Part shown: piece by piece, positions 13,533 to 23,207 of the stretch
Position numbering within the stretch: the stretch's first letter is position 1
Layout of the letters: each line of letters begins with the position of its first letter
DNA from: Candidatus Poseidoniaceae archaeon
Lineage (GTDB): Archaea > Thermoplasmatota > Poseidoniia > Poseidoniales > Poseidoniaceae
Reading direction: 5' to 3'
DNA: 64,000 nucleotides
NCBI GenBank assembly: GCA_964228815.1
Contig: CAXRAL010000007.1
Location: 41,891 to 105,890, forward strand
The notes under the pieces: model-generated
Seen by the model: only the letters and a program-made list of their open reading frames with translations
The model's database searches: none
Told to the model about the DNA's origin: nothing
Position numbers and translations under genes: made by a program

Positions 13533-14330
13533 ATGGCTGACCCAAAAGTGTGCGTTTCTTTGGAAGGAACGACCGTGAAAGAGATGGCGGATGAAGCAGC
13601 ACGAGCCAACCTCGCTGGCGCCGACTTTGTTGAAGTCCGATTTGACCGACTTTACCTCAAGCGACCCGAGGCACAACCTGTTGAGGGCGAAGACGGCGAA
13701 GTCAAGCACGTGATGCCACCAGAAAGTGAATGGCCTGTTCGAGAGATGGAAAGCATCGATGTGGACACTTGCATTCAGAACCTCAAGGAGAGCATCCCGC
13801 TCCCGGTCATCTTCACGGTTCGCCCGACCGAAGAGGGCGGCTACTATCCCGGCGAGGCCAGTCAACGGCATGAAATCCTCGAGAAGGCCATTGCATCGGG
13901 CGTCAACTCGGTGGACCTTGAATTGTCCATCGAGGGCGAGGCTCGTACCGGCCTGCTCGACAAAGCCAGCGCCGCCGGCGTCCGCGTGATCTCTTCGATC
14001 CACGACACCACCACCACTCCCAGCGCTGAAGAGCTCGTTGGCATGGTCAACGAACATTCCAAGGAGGGCGAGGTGTTCAAGTTCTGTGGAACCGTCAACG
14101 ACCACCAAGATGCCCTCCAGATTGTTGAAGCGAGCTACGAACTCAAGAGCTCGAAGCACGCCTTTTCCATGATGGCGCTGGGCAACGGCGGCGATTGGGC
14201 TCGGCTTCACGCTCCCGTTCTCGGCCAATCGCTTGTCTACGCCACCCTTCGCTCGGAGTTCAAACTCTCCAACAAGGGCCTCGTCAACATTCGAGACCTC
14301 AAGAACGCCTGGACCCTGATGGAATACTGA
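13533..14330 (+). CDS. aroD: 3-dehydroquinate dehydratase, type I
   Basis: VCVSL...ADFVEVRFD...IFTVRPTEEGG...VDLEL...SIHD...SKHAFSMMALG pattern matches type I DHQase (Schiff-base Lys/His region). 265 aa. Confidence 0.55.
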   Translation: MADPKVCVSLEGTTVKEMADEAARANLAGADFVEVRFDRLYLKRPEAQPVEGEDGEVKHVMPPESEWPVREMESIDVDTCIQNLKESIPLPVIFTVRPTEEGGYYPGEASQRHEILEKAIASGVNSVDLELSIEGEARTGLLDKASAAGVRVISSIHDTTTTPSAEELVGMVNEHSKEGEVFKFCGTVNDHQDALQIVEASYELKSSKHAFSMMALGNGGDWARLHAPVLGQSLVYATLRSEFKLSNKGLVNIRDLKNAWTLMEY

Positions 14331-14333
14331 GTC

Positions 14334-15362
14334 CTATTCGAGTTGAGCAGCAGACTGTTCCATCACCGGAACAGGCGCCTCCTTGGTTGATTGTTGGTCA
14401 AGACCGGCCTGCATGTACCGGCTGTTGAGAACCACGGGAACCACGACCACGGCCGCCAGCAAAACAAACAGCGTGAGCGGTACCGTCCAGGGCGGAAGAA
14501 GGGCCGACCGCTCCGTAGGAAGCACGGTGATGTCGGCGATCAGGACGCTGTTCAAGGCGGCTGCATCATCGTCGTTGGTGTTGTCCCAAGCATCGATGAC
14601 GAGGTAGAAATCCTGCCATTCCGAGCCACCGAACAGCGAGGAATAGACCTCTGGACCGTCCATGGCGACGGAGAATGTGAGTTCTTCCCGCTGTTCGTAT
14701 TGATGCACGTCGCGGTACGATTGCCAGCCGAGCGGGTTGAAACTGCGCCATTCAGGCGGGATATCGCTGAGTACGTCACCGTCGCCACCCGCAAGGTCAA
14801 GGTCATCCCACCACCAACCGCCGTGCATCATTCGGTATACCTCGCCGTATGCATCGTATTGCGTTTTGGTCATCAGGTAAACATCGGCCATCGCCGGTTT
14901 CGTGGTGTTCCCATCCGTTTCATACAGAGAGATGCAGAAGGTGGTCCGATGCGAACTGGACAGGTTCATCCGGAGCACGCCGGAACTGTCGTTTCCGATT
15001 TCCATGACGGTGTACTGCCCCGAGGTGAGTGGATCAAGACGTGGCAGCGGCCAAATTGGATTGTAGACCCATGGTTCCTCGGGGTGAAGGGCTGGGTCAA
15101 GGTCGCCGACGTTGGTTTCGTAGTACTCCTCGTGATCTCTGCCCTCCGTCGCATAAACGGGTTCGCCGTAGTAAGGGTCGAAGGCGTATGGGCTGCTCCA
15201 ATGGGGCACCAACGCCATGTGCTGAAGGCTGGTGTTCCATTCGGGTGTGGCCACTTGACCCTCGCATCCCGAGGCCGCTTGAGCCGAAGGAAGCACGCTC
15301 GTGCTTGGAGAAACGAGGATGGCCATCAAGACCATCAAAGCGACCGCCGATGTCGTTCGCAT
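14334..15362 (-). CDS. secreted protein with signal peptide and C-terminal TM anchor, unknown function
   Basis: ATG at 15362 gives MRTTSAVALMVLMAILVSPSTSVLPSAQA (signal peptide). Trp/Asp-rich extracellular region; C-terminal TLFVLLAAVVVVPVVL. The track start at 15413 is a TTG. Confidence 0.45.
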   Translation of the reverse strand: MRTTSAVALMVLMAILVSPSTSVLPSAQAASGCEGQVATPEWNTSLQHMALVPHWSSPYAFDPYYGEPVYATEGRDHEEYYETNVGDLDPALHPEEPWVYNPIWPLPRLDPLTSGQYTVMEIGNDSSGVLRMNLSSSHRTTFCISLYETDGNTTKPAMADVYLMTKTQYDAYGEVYRMMHGGWWWDDLDLAGGDGDVLSDIPPEWRSFNPLGWQSYRDVHQYEQREELTFSVAMDGPEVYSSLFGGSEWQDFYLVIDAWDNTNDDDAAALNSVLIADITVLPTERSALLPPWTVPLTLFVLLAAVVVVPVVLNSRYMQAGLDQQSTKEAPVPVMEQSAAQLE

Positions 15363-15409
15363 GCCTTCACCCAGTCTGAGACGGTCCTGCTCGGTTTTAG
15401 GACATTCCC

Positions 15410-18400
15410 TCAACGACGGCGCAGGGGGCGAACATAGCCACTCTCATCGTTCCGGCGTTCATCCTTTGAGAGGATCTTCGGGGCGGGCGGTGGCATGTGA
15501 TGGTCCATGCCAAGCAAACCGCCTTGCGACTCAACATGCTCGATATCGGTGTACGTCTCAGCGGCTTCCTTGGCTTCTTCCTCGAGCGCCGATGGCTCAC
15601 GCATCACGAGCCATCCCAAGACCAGGGCCACCACAATGAGCGCAATGAAGGTCGCTAGCTCGGAACCAGCATCGGCCAGCCAGGATTTCCACTCGTCAGC
15701 GCTGAAGTCGGACAGGGAGGGCGGACCATCGGGCTCCGGGACCACTTCGATGTCCTCGGTCAAGATGTCGCACTGACCCATGCCATCGCAAACTTCCACC
15801 AACACGGTGTAGAACCCTGTGGCCTCCCAGGTGTTGATGGTGCGGACGGGAGAACCAGCGATAGGAGTGACCCAATCGTCGGCAGGATTACCGTTTTCAT
15901 CCGCGTCGGTTTCAATGTCAAAGTCCCAACGAACGGTGAACTGCGTGAGAATGCGCTCGTCTCGCTCGGTGATCGAGCCGTCCTCGACATCCAAGTCGCG
16001 ATAAATCTCCATTTCACTTCCAGCCTCGGCGTCAAACACATCGGCGTCAAAGGAGATGGACGAGCCCGCAAAGATGTTCTCTGGAACGTAGATATCCCTC
16101 GCTTCGGGTGGCTCGTCAACCACCACGGTGAAGGTTTGGCGAGATACATCACCCGTTCCAAACCCGTCTCGCACAGTGAGCGAAACCGTGTAGGTGCCGG
16201 GGAGCGTGTAGGCATGCCAAGGTGTCGCCTCGTGAACCAGTGGCGTCGCATCGCCGAAGTCCCAGGTGTATTGGACCAAGCCGTTCCAATCGGGCGATTC
16301 CACTTCAAATGGTACGTACTTGCCTTCGAATTGCCGATCGCCATCACGTGTTCCGGAGGAATCGAAGTAGAGCATACGCTCGGGTGCCGTTACCACGGCG
16401 CCGTCCTCATTGAAGGTGTGCGACCAAGCGTCGGGGACGGTCCCCTCGGGGAACGGCGTTGAGGTGGTGATGATGTCGTCTCCGATGTACCCGTCCAAGA
16501 TGCGGACCTGAATGATGGGGAGCGGATTCGCAATTCGAACCGTCATGGTACGGGCGAAACTCTCCTGCCCGTCCTTGTCAGTGACGACCAGGGACACGGT
16601 GTGAACACCGGGGGTGGTGAAGGTGTGCGTCACTTGGGGACGGTCACCGAAGGTGCCGTCGGAGAAGGTCCAGTTCCACACCTCAATGTCTGTTGAATCA
16701 CCCACTGAACCGTCGGGGTCCATGCTGTCAAGTCCGTCAAACACGTAGGCTGTGTCGACCTCACCGTCTTCCTCTCGGAAGTCGATTTCACGTGAACCCA
16801 TCGCCGAGAGCGTCCTGACGTCAAAGGTGGCCACAGGCATTTGGTTCAACACCACCACGTTGAGGACGGCCGTTGCTTGGCTACCGTCGTCGTCCGTGAC
16901 CGTGAGCGAGACTGTCTTGTTGCCTGGAACATCCCATGCTACGATGGGGTTCGTGGCACTGCTGCTCACCGTGGAGAAGTCGTCGTTTCGGGTCGGTGTC
17001 CCCGTTCCAACGCGAACACCGTCCGGGAAGGACCACGCATAGGTGAGGAGTTCACCGTCGTCGTCCACAAACACATCGGGAAGGACCAGACTGGTGTAGG
17101 TCATGGTGGTCAACGTCTCTGCATAAATTTGGACAGGCACCCTGTTGTTGATGTGAACGAGAAGCGTCTTCGTTCCGACGTTGATGCCGTCGGAGACGGT
17201 GAGGGTGAGGGTGAAGATCTCACTTTCCCCGTCGATGTCATCCCATTCGTGCTGTTGCGAATAGACGCCAACACCGCCGCTTTGCGTGCCATCGCCCCAA
17301 TCCCACTGGAAGTCGAGGTGGTCGATGGGAACATTGTCGACAGAGCGACCAGCTGAGAAGAGAATACGCTGACCGGTTAGCAAGGAAATGTTGTCTTCTA
17401 TCACCACGTTGTTCACGGTGATGACCGGCAACGGTTCGGTGATGTCACTGACATTGATGGCGTGGACTTGCGTCTCGGACCACGTTCCACCTTGATCCAT
17501 CACGCGCAGAGTGGCGTTGTAACTTCCGACCTCCGTGTAAGATCGAAGGGGTGATTTGAGGTTTGAAGAGGCGTTGTCGCCAAACACCCACGCATAGGCC
17601 GTCGGTGCGTCGAGGTAGGGGAGGCTGTTGTTGGAGAGGGAAAGGCCCCATGCATCAAACCCGGCGCCTTGGAACTGAATGTTCTCCCATGTTTGAACGT
17701 CGGTGAGCGAGACACTTCCATTGGCCACTGGTCGCATGTTGTTCAACATCTGAGGCGATGTTTGGAGGGTGTCAACCGGTTCACCAAGCATGTCCTTCAT
17801 GACCATGTCAAAGGCGTACTGGTCAGCCAGTGGTGCCGTGAAGTAGACCTGGCTGTCAACGGTCACGCCGCCACCGGCGGCGACCCTGTCGGTGATGGTG
17901 TCCACGACCGTGCCGCTCGCATCACGAACGGTGATTTCGACATCAAGATCCTCAAAGAAGGCGTTAGAAAGGACGCCGTAGTTGATTTCCACCGTGTCTT
18001 CCATGCCATCACCGTCCCGGTCCGAAAGCACCGTGTTGTTGAGCGAGAGCGTGGCAGGCGAAGTGATTCGGGCAGCCTCAATGTCAACGGTCCCTTCAGG
18101 ATAGGAGGGGCCGCACGAGGTGTAGTCGCAATCCGCTACCGTGGAAGCGTACCAGGTGATCACCCACACTTCATCGGTGAGGTTGCCAAACCCAGGTACC
18201 AAGCCGGTGGCAACGTTGTTCACGAAGTTCAGGTCGGTGACACTCCACAGGCCGTCCGAAACGGCCTTCGTTACAATCACGCCGTCGAACTGGCTCTTGT
18301 CGGCCGTCAAACGAAGGGTCAGCGGTGCCGGTGATGCGGCTCCTGGTGTGAACTGGAACGACCGAATGCCCCATCCTTCAAGGGTGTTGCCGGTTGAGGA

Positions 18401-19615
18401 CCAAGGGGTGGACCAGTCGCTGTTGACTTCGGTTGGCTGTGCCCTGCAGAACGCCCCACCGGTGCAGACAGGGTTGAGGTCAAGGTTCGGGTAGCCGTAG
18501 ATGCCTTGGTCGGAATCGAGGGTGGCTGCGATGCTGAAGTTTGCAAAGGCTTCGTTCATGGTCCTACCAAGAAGGCCGACCTGCCCGCTTTGTGGCGAGA
18601 GAAGCAGGTTCTCAACACCCCTGCCACCCGTTGCAGAGTCTTGCACGAGTTGGCGAACGGCGGGACCGCCGCCGAGGTGTTCGGCGAGGTACATGGTGAA
18701 CATGTAGCCTGCACCATAATCCGCAATGCGCTGATTCCACCAACGCACCGATTGTTCGGGCGCACCCGTCCATGCGTTCACGTGGCCGGTCAAGGTTGAA
18801 TCTGCACCGAAGCAGAGGTAAATCGCCACGTCGGCGTTGCCTTCGTCAATCCAGAGGTTTTCGTAGGGGTCGAGGGCGTTGTGCAGCAAATGCTCGAGTT
18901 CGTGTGCGAGGATGGAGCGGCCCCAGGAAAGGGTGATGTCGGCATAATCCACGAACACTGCCTCCCGTGATGAAGAGAAGGAAGGCGCAAAGTAGCCGCC
19001 CGTGTTGTACGCACCGTCGATGTCGTAAATGATGATTTGAACCTGACAATTGTTGTCAATGTCGGGGGGCGCAAGTCCTCGTCCATCCTGGTAGTCCTTG
19101 CCGTAGTAGGTCGTCATGGTGGGATAAATGGTGGAATCCCATGTGCTCGCTAGGTTGTTGAGCACGGTGGAGGAGAGCGTCCGCCCGCTTTGGACGATGA
19201 AAGCCACCGTCGTGGTTGTTTTTGCAACGTAGGCCGAAATGGAACCACCGGAGATGGGAACCGTCAGCGTATCGCCGACGACATGAGGGGTGCAAGCACG
19301 ACCGGAGGAGCGTCCCATCGAGGGCTCAATCACCATGTCGTCCACGCCGGGCCGGCCTTCGTCGATCCATGCCTGTCGCATGAATTGCGTGGCGGAGACA
19401 ACGGGCTCTTCCTCGTGAATAAACAAATACTCACTTCCTTCACCGGGGTCAAATTCATCCAAATCTCCGATGATCACGCCACCCGCATTGTAGACGTTGG
19501 TTGAGGTCGTTTCCTCACCTCCTTCTGCAGCCACGCTCATCAGCAAGGGCGCCGTGCTGGACACGAGCATCAGGAGGACGAAGGCAAAGGCTGGACTGGA
19601 GCGCCGTTCCGACAT
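15410..19615 (-). CDS. large secreted gluzincin metalloprotease with PKD-like repeats and C-terminal membrane anchor
   Basis: Signal peptide after ATG at 19615 (MSERRSSPAFAFVLLMLVSSTAPLLMSVAA). HELEH at 18890..18904 (verified cac gaa ctc gag cat) followed by WIDEGNAD glutamate. Several PKD-type repeats (WDFGDGT, WTFSDGTFG...VTDKDGQ). C-terminal TM LATFIALIVVALVLGWLVM. Confidence 0.6.
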   Translation of the reverse strand: MSERRSSPAFAFVLLMLVSSTAPLLMSVAAEGGEETTSTNVYNAGGVIIGDLDEFDPGEGSEYLFIHEEEPVVSATQFMRQAWIDEGRPGVDDMVIEPSMGRSSGRACTPHVVGDTLTVPISGGSISAYVAKTTTTVAFIVQSGRTLSSTVLNNLASTWDSTIYPTMTTYYGKDYQDGRGLAPPDIDNNCQVQIIIYDIDGAYNTGGYFAPSFSSSREAVFVDYADITLSWGRSILAHELEHLLHNALDPYENLWIDEGNADVAIYLCFGADSTLTGHVNAWTGAPEQSVRWWNQRIADYGAGYMFTMYLAEHLGGGPAVRQLVQDSATGGRGVENLLLSPQSGQVGLLGRTMNEAFANFSIAATLDSDQGIYGYPNLDLNPVCTGGAFCRAQPTEVNSDWSTPWSSTGNTLEGWGIRSFQFTPGAASPAPLTLRLTADKSQFDGVIVTKAVSDGLWSVTDLNFVNNVATGLVPGFGNLTDEVWVITWYASTVADCDYTSCGPSYPEGTVDIEAARITSPATLSLNNTVLSDRDGDGMEDTVEINYGVLSNAFFEDLDVEITVRDASGTVVDTITDRVAAGGGVTVDSQVYFTAPLADQYAFDMVMKDMLGEPVDTLQTSPQMLNNMRPVANGSVSLTDVQTWENIQFQGAGFDAWGLSLSNNSLPYLDAPTAYAWVFGDNASSNLKSPLRSYTEVGSYNATLRVMDQGGTWSETQVHAINVSDITEPLPVITVNNVVIEDNISLLTGQRILFSAGRSVDNVPIDHLDFQWDWGDGTQSGGVGVYSQQHEWDDIDGESEIFTLTLTVSDGINVGTKTLLVHINNRVPVQIYAETLTTMTYTSLVLPDVFVDDDGELLTYAWSFPDGVRVGTGTPTRNDDFSTVSSSATNPIVAWDVPGNKTVSLTVTDDDGSQATAVLNVVVLNQMPVATFDVRTLSAMGSREIDFREEDGEVDTAYVFDGLDSMDPDGSVGDSTDIEVWNWTFSDGTFGDRPQVTHTFTTPGVHTVSLVVTDKDGQESFARTMTVRIANPLPIIQVRILDGYIGDDIITTSTPFPEGTVPDAWSHTFNEDGAVVTAPERMLYFDSSGTRDGDRQFEGKYVPFEVESPDWNGLVQYTWDFGDATPLVHEATPWHAYTLPGTYTVSLTVRDGFGTGDVSRQTFTVVVDEPPEARDIYVPENIFAGSSISFDADVFDAEAGSEMEIYRDLDVEDGSITERDERILTQFTVRWDFDIETDADENGNPADDWVTPIAGSPVRTINTWEATGFYTVLVEVCDGMGQCDILTEDIEVVPEPDGPPSLSDFSADEWKSWLADAGSELATFIALIVVALVLGWLVMREPSALEEEAKEAAETYTDIEHVESQGGLLGMDHHMPPPAPKILSKDERRNDESGYVRPLRRR

Positions 19616-19702
19616 GTCAAACACCAACGAGAATCGTGTTACGGATTCCCTATTTTGCGAGTAGAAAGGAGGTATTTAAGAGTCCGTGGTCGAGGCGTCA
19701 TC

Positions 19703-20905
19703 ATGCATCATGCAAACGTGCGTGCTTCAACCGCAACGCGTGGCCTCATGTTGGCCGTTCTGGCCAGCATGGTTCTGGCCTCAACCGCTCCGGTTTCGCA
19801 TGCCTCGTTTGAGAACCTTGAACCCTCCATGCTGTGCTCCACGATTGAGGAGTTGCAATTCAATGGAACAGACGCCAACGCATCGATTGCCTGGCAGGTC
19901 GGATTGGGGCCCCGCATTCCCGGTTCAAACGCCTCTGCCGAATTCCGCTCCACCATCACCGCCGACCTTGCGTCGCTGGGTTACGAAGTGAGCAACCGGA
20001 CGCACGAACGGTACGGCATGGAACTCACGAACCTCTTTGCACGCTGGCCCTCGAACTCAACCGGCAACGGCCAACTCGTGCTTTCAGCCCATTACGATTC
20101 TCGCAACGTGGCGGACCAAGACGAAAATGAAAGCAACCAATCCCTCCCGGTCCCTGGTGCAAACGATGCGGCGAGTGGTGTTGCCGTGCTGTTGGAGCTT
20201 GCTCGCCACATCCCCCAAATGAACTTGGAGTACGACGTGGTGCTGTTCTTCAACGACGCAGAGGACCAGCAGCCCAAGTACACGCTGGGCGCAGAGGCAT
20301 GGGCGGAAAACCTGACGAGAGACGAAATCAACGCCACCCATGCCTTTGTGTTGCTGGACATGGTAGGAGACGCTGACTTGCAACTCCACGACATCGCGCC
20401 CGGCAACGGCACCCTGAAATCGAGGGTGGTCCAACTCGGCACCTCGTTGGGGTTGGTGAACGGCACCACTTCTTGCAACGGCGAGCCCGGCTTGGATGTT
20501 CTCCAGTACGGGACCACCGTGTACGTGCTGGACGATCACGTCCATGCGCACAACCTCGGCATCCCTGCCATTGACCTCATGGACACCTCCTTCGGTGTGC
20601 CCAAGCCCTACACGTTCGGTTCGTACTGGCACACGATGGAGGACACCCCCGACAAGGTCAGTGCTGAATCGCTGGCCAAGGTGGGCCGCCTTGTCGAACT
20701 CGGATTGCGCACCGATGCCTTCGTCAACATCAACCCTTCAACGGACACCACGGGTGAGGAGGACACACCCTCCGAGGAACAGCCCGAAAAGGACGAATCT
20801 GTAGGCCACCCCAATCAGAACACCGGGCTCGCAGTCATGGCCTTCGTCGGACTGGTCAGCATTCTCGGTCTGCTCGTGGTGGTTGAAGTCAAAGGAAAAC
20901 GCTAA
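19703..20905 (+). CDS. M28-family zinc aminopeptidase, secreted, C-terminal TM anchor
   Basis: LVLSAHYDSR, GANDAASGVAVLLELAR, FFNDAED, DDHVHAHN. Signal peptide MHHANVRASTATRGLMLAVLASMVLA from ATG 19703; C-terminal LAVMAFVGLVSILGLLVVVEVKGKR. Confidence 0.6.
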   Translation: MHHANVRASTATRGLMLAVLASMVLASTAPVSHASFENLEPSMLCSTIEELQFNGTDANASIAWQVGLGPRIPGSNASAEFRSTITADLASLGYEVSNRTHERYGMELTNLFARWPSNSTGNGQLVLSAHYDSRNVADQDENESNQSLPVPGANDAASGVAVLLELARHIPQMNLEYDVVLFFNDAEDQQPKYTLGAEAWAENLTRDEINATHAFVLLDMVGDADLQLHDIAPGNGTLKSRVVQLGTSLGLVNGTTSCNGEPGLDVLQYGTTVYVLDDHVHAHNLGIPAIDLMDTSFGVPKPYTFGSYWHTMEDTPDKVSAESLAKVGRLVELGLRTDAFVNINPSTDTTGEEDTPSEEQPEKDESVGHPNQNTGLAVMAFVGLVSILGLLVVVEVKGKR

Positions 20906-20973
20906 CGGAACACGCGGTCACCGAACAAAGAGGTATTATCCGCGCACGCACTCGGCGCAACGGGAGGAGTAGC

Positions 20974-21837
20974 ATGTCCGACGAGCGCGAAGCAAGGATG
21001 GAAGCCCTTCGTGCCCGTGTCAAGGCCAAGAAAGAGGCGGCGCTCAGCGGCGGCATCATCGAAGAAGAATTGGTGGTCAGCGCCCAAGAACTCCCCCCCG
21101 CTGAATCAACCCGTCAGCAAGAAGACGATGAGTGGTACGAACTCATGGACCTCGATGCGGACCGATGGAGAAACTTGGCGGCCGTGCTCATCCTAGTCGG
21201 CAGCATCCTGGGCATGGTCAGCGGTGCGCTTATCCTTCAAGGGAATCCCACCGAACTGCTCAACACATCCCTCTTCGCAGAACAAGAATCGGTTGACATC
21301 TCCGGTACGGCCCTCGAGGACGTGGACGGAAATGGCGTTGAGAACGTCTCCGTGGTGCTCCTTGAAGCCGAATCTCGGGCAGAATTGCAATCAACCTTCA
21401 CCGATGGTTTCGGCTACTTTGCCATGAAAAACGTCGCACAAGAGGTCCATATCATCGTCTTCTCAAAGGAAGGCTATGTCACGGTGGAACGGACCTTCGT
21501 CCCCGACAACGTCGGCTTGGACCCTGTCACGATGAAACCAGGGAACGCCACCCCCGTCAGGGAAGAGAACGACCAGCAGTCCATTTCGGGCTGGACCCTC
21601 GATAACGCCGTCGGACTCTCAACCGCCATCGGCGTGCTCACCATCGGCACGGCGTTGCTTGGCATCCAATCTGCGGTCGAAATTCGTCGTGGCAAACACT
21701 ACCGACGAAGCCAATACTTGGCGGCAGGCGCCCTGTTCAGTCGCGGCCTGATCATCGTTGGACCGACATTGATCTTGTTTGGAATGATCGTGAACCTGTT
21801 TGCAAAAATGGACTTTGAAGACCAACGTGAGGATTGA
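20974..21837 (+). CDS. membrane protein with carboxypeptidase-regulatory-like beta-sandwich ectodomain
   Basis: ATG at 20974 preceded by GGGAGGAG. TM LAAVLILVGSILGMVSGALIL; ectodomain ISGTALEDVDGNGVENVSVVLLEA...TDGFGYFAMKNV; two C-terminal TMs. Confidence 0.45.
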   Translation: MSDEREARMEALRARVKAKKEAALSGGIIEEELVVSAQELPPAESTRQQEDDEWYELMDLDADRWRNLAAVLILVGSILGMVSGALILQGNPTELLNTSLFAEQESVDISGTALEDVDGNGVENVSVVLLEAESRAELQSTFTDGFGYFAMKNVAQEVHIIVFSKEGYVTVERTFVPDNVGLDPVTMKPGNATPVREENDQQSISGWTLDNAVGLSTAIGVLTIGTALLGIQSAVEIRRGKHYRRSQYLAAGALFSRGLIIVGPTLILFGMIVNLFAKMDFEDQRED

Positions 21838-21839
21838 GC

Positions 21840-23207
21840 ATGTACTTAATCTCAGTCGAGGGTGGCGACGGGTCCGGCAAGGGCGAGGCCGCTCGTATTC
21901 TCGGCGAACTCCTCAACGAGTTCCCGTTCCCAGATGTGGTGATGACCCACGAGCCTCGTCGGCACAGTGAATTGGGGAAGTTGGCCCTCCAGTCCGTGAA
22001 ACTGGGGAACAAGACACCGCTTGAGGAAGCAGGTCTGTTCGCCGCTGACCGTCTCGACCACTCCCACACCTTCATCCGCCCGCACCTGGCCAAGGGTTGC
22101 GTGGTCATCTCCGACCGGAACATCCACTCGTCCCTCATCTACCAGGGCGTGGTTGGCGACCTCGGGCTCGAAAAAGTCGCTGGCATGAACGCTGCCGCCA
22201 TGATCCCCGACCTCGTGTTTTGGATTGACTGCGACCCTGAGAAGGCCATGAAACGAATCAAATCGGGAACGCTCCGCATGACCAGTCAAAAGCAGGAATA
22301 TTTCGAAACCCAAGAAATCCAGACCACCATTCGCCAAGGCTTTCATGCGTTGTTCGGTGAACTTGGCGAAGTCCCTCCACCCTTCAACCAGTGTTGCGTG
22401 GTAGGTCCCATCATGAACGAAGGTGGGCTGGACGAACTGAAAACAAAACTTAGGCGTGAACTTCGTCGATTTTTCAACAAAAAACCGCTCCCACTGAACG
22501 TGGATCGCGACGCTGTTGACCGCACCCTGCTCAACGCCTTGGTCCATGACGTCAAGAAACAACGAAGATTGCCCGGAGCACCGCAAGAACGAACGGCGAT
22601 TCACGTGGGCTGGTTGGGTGGAAAATCACCGGCGTACTGGATGAAAGAGGCCGAAGACAATTGGCCGACGGTTTCGGCACAGGAGCACGACGTGCCAGCT
22701 TCACCCCTCGCCCATTCCTGCTGGTCCATCTTGGGCACGCTCTCGCTGATGGTGGGTTCAAGCGAAGTCCCTCGCCTCCACGCTGCGCTCGGCCCCGTAC
22801 GCATGGTGACACAGCGGCACACACAACGCCTGATCAAGTGGCTGTTGACCGAGCATTGGGTTCACAAACAACAGAACCACACCCCGTTCAGCGACGCTCA
22901 ACTCTTCAAACTTCGAGAAGAACGACTCGGCTTCGCCCGACTGACCTTGGCCATGTGGCCGTTGAGGACGCAACTCGCCTCCTGGCGACGAGCCAACCCC
23001 GAAGCCGAGTGGACCCAAGCCCTGCATGACGTGTTCGCAGTGGAGGAAGGCAAAACCCTGGCGACCGGTTTGCAAAAGGCCGTTTTCGACGTGCATGAAC
23101 GCCTCAAAATCCTAACCAGCGGCCACGAAGGCTGCCCGCTGCCGACCAACGCCGCTGAATTGACCGTCTGGTGGTCGATGCAACCGCCGAATCACTCGGA
23201 TTCCTGA
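21840..23207 (+). CDS. tmk: thymidylate kinase fused to a ~240-aa uncharacterised Trp-rich C-terminal domain
   Basis: MYLISVEGGDGSGKGEAARIL (P-loop), AADRLDH (DRX motif) and lid region within the first ~210 aa. Remaining residues have no recognisable domain. ATG at 21840 (track start 21834 is TTG). Confidence 0.6.
   Translation: MYLISVEGGDGSGKGEAARILGELLNEFPFPDVVMTHEPRRHSELGKLALQSVKLGNKTPLEEAGLFAADRLDHSHTFIRPHLAKGCVVISDRNIHSSLIYQGVVGDLGLEKVAGMNAAAMIPDLVFWIDCDPEKAMKRIKSGTLRMTSQKQEYFETQEIQTTIRQGFHALFGELGEVPPPFNQCCVVGPIMNEGGLDELKTKLRRELRRFFNKKPLPLNVDRDAVDRTLLNALVHDVKKQRRLPGAPQERTAIHVGWLGGKSPAYWMKEAEDNWPTVSAQEHDVPASPLAHSCWSILGTLSLMVGSSEVPRLHAALGPVRMVTQRHTQRLIKWLLTEHWVHKQQNHTPFSDAQLFKLREERLGFARLTLAMWPLRTQLASWRRANPEAEWTQALHDVFAVEEGKTLATGLQKAVFDVHERLKILTSGHEGCPLPTNAAELTVWWSMQPPNHSDS

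Noticed and set aside
14391-15437. 348-aa plus-strand ORF
   Set aside because: Antisense to the signal-peptide/TM-anchored gene 14334-15362. Arg/His/Gly-rich low-complexity translation.
19655-19702. Track start (TTG) of the M28 peptidase ORF and the AAGGAGGT at 19667-19674
   Set aside because: The TTG lies upstream of the SD-like element, and the spacing to any in-frame start is wrong. The ATG at 19703 yields a textbook signal peptide, so the long N-terminal extension was dropped.
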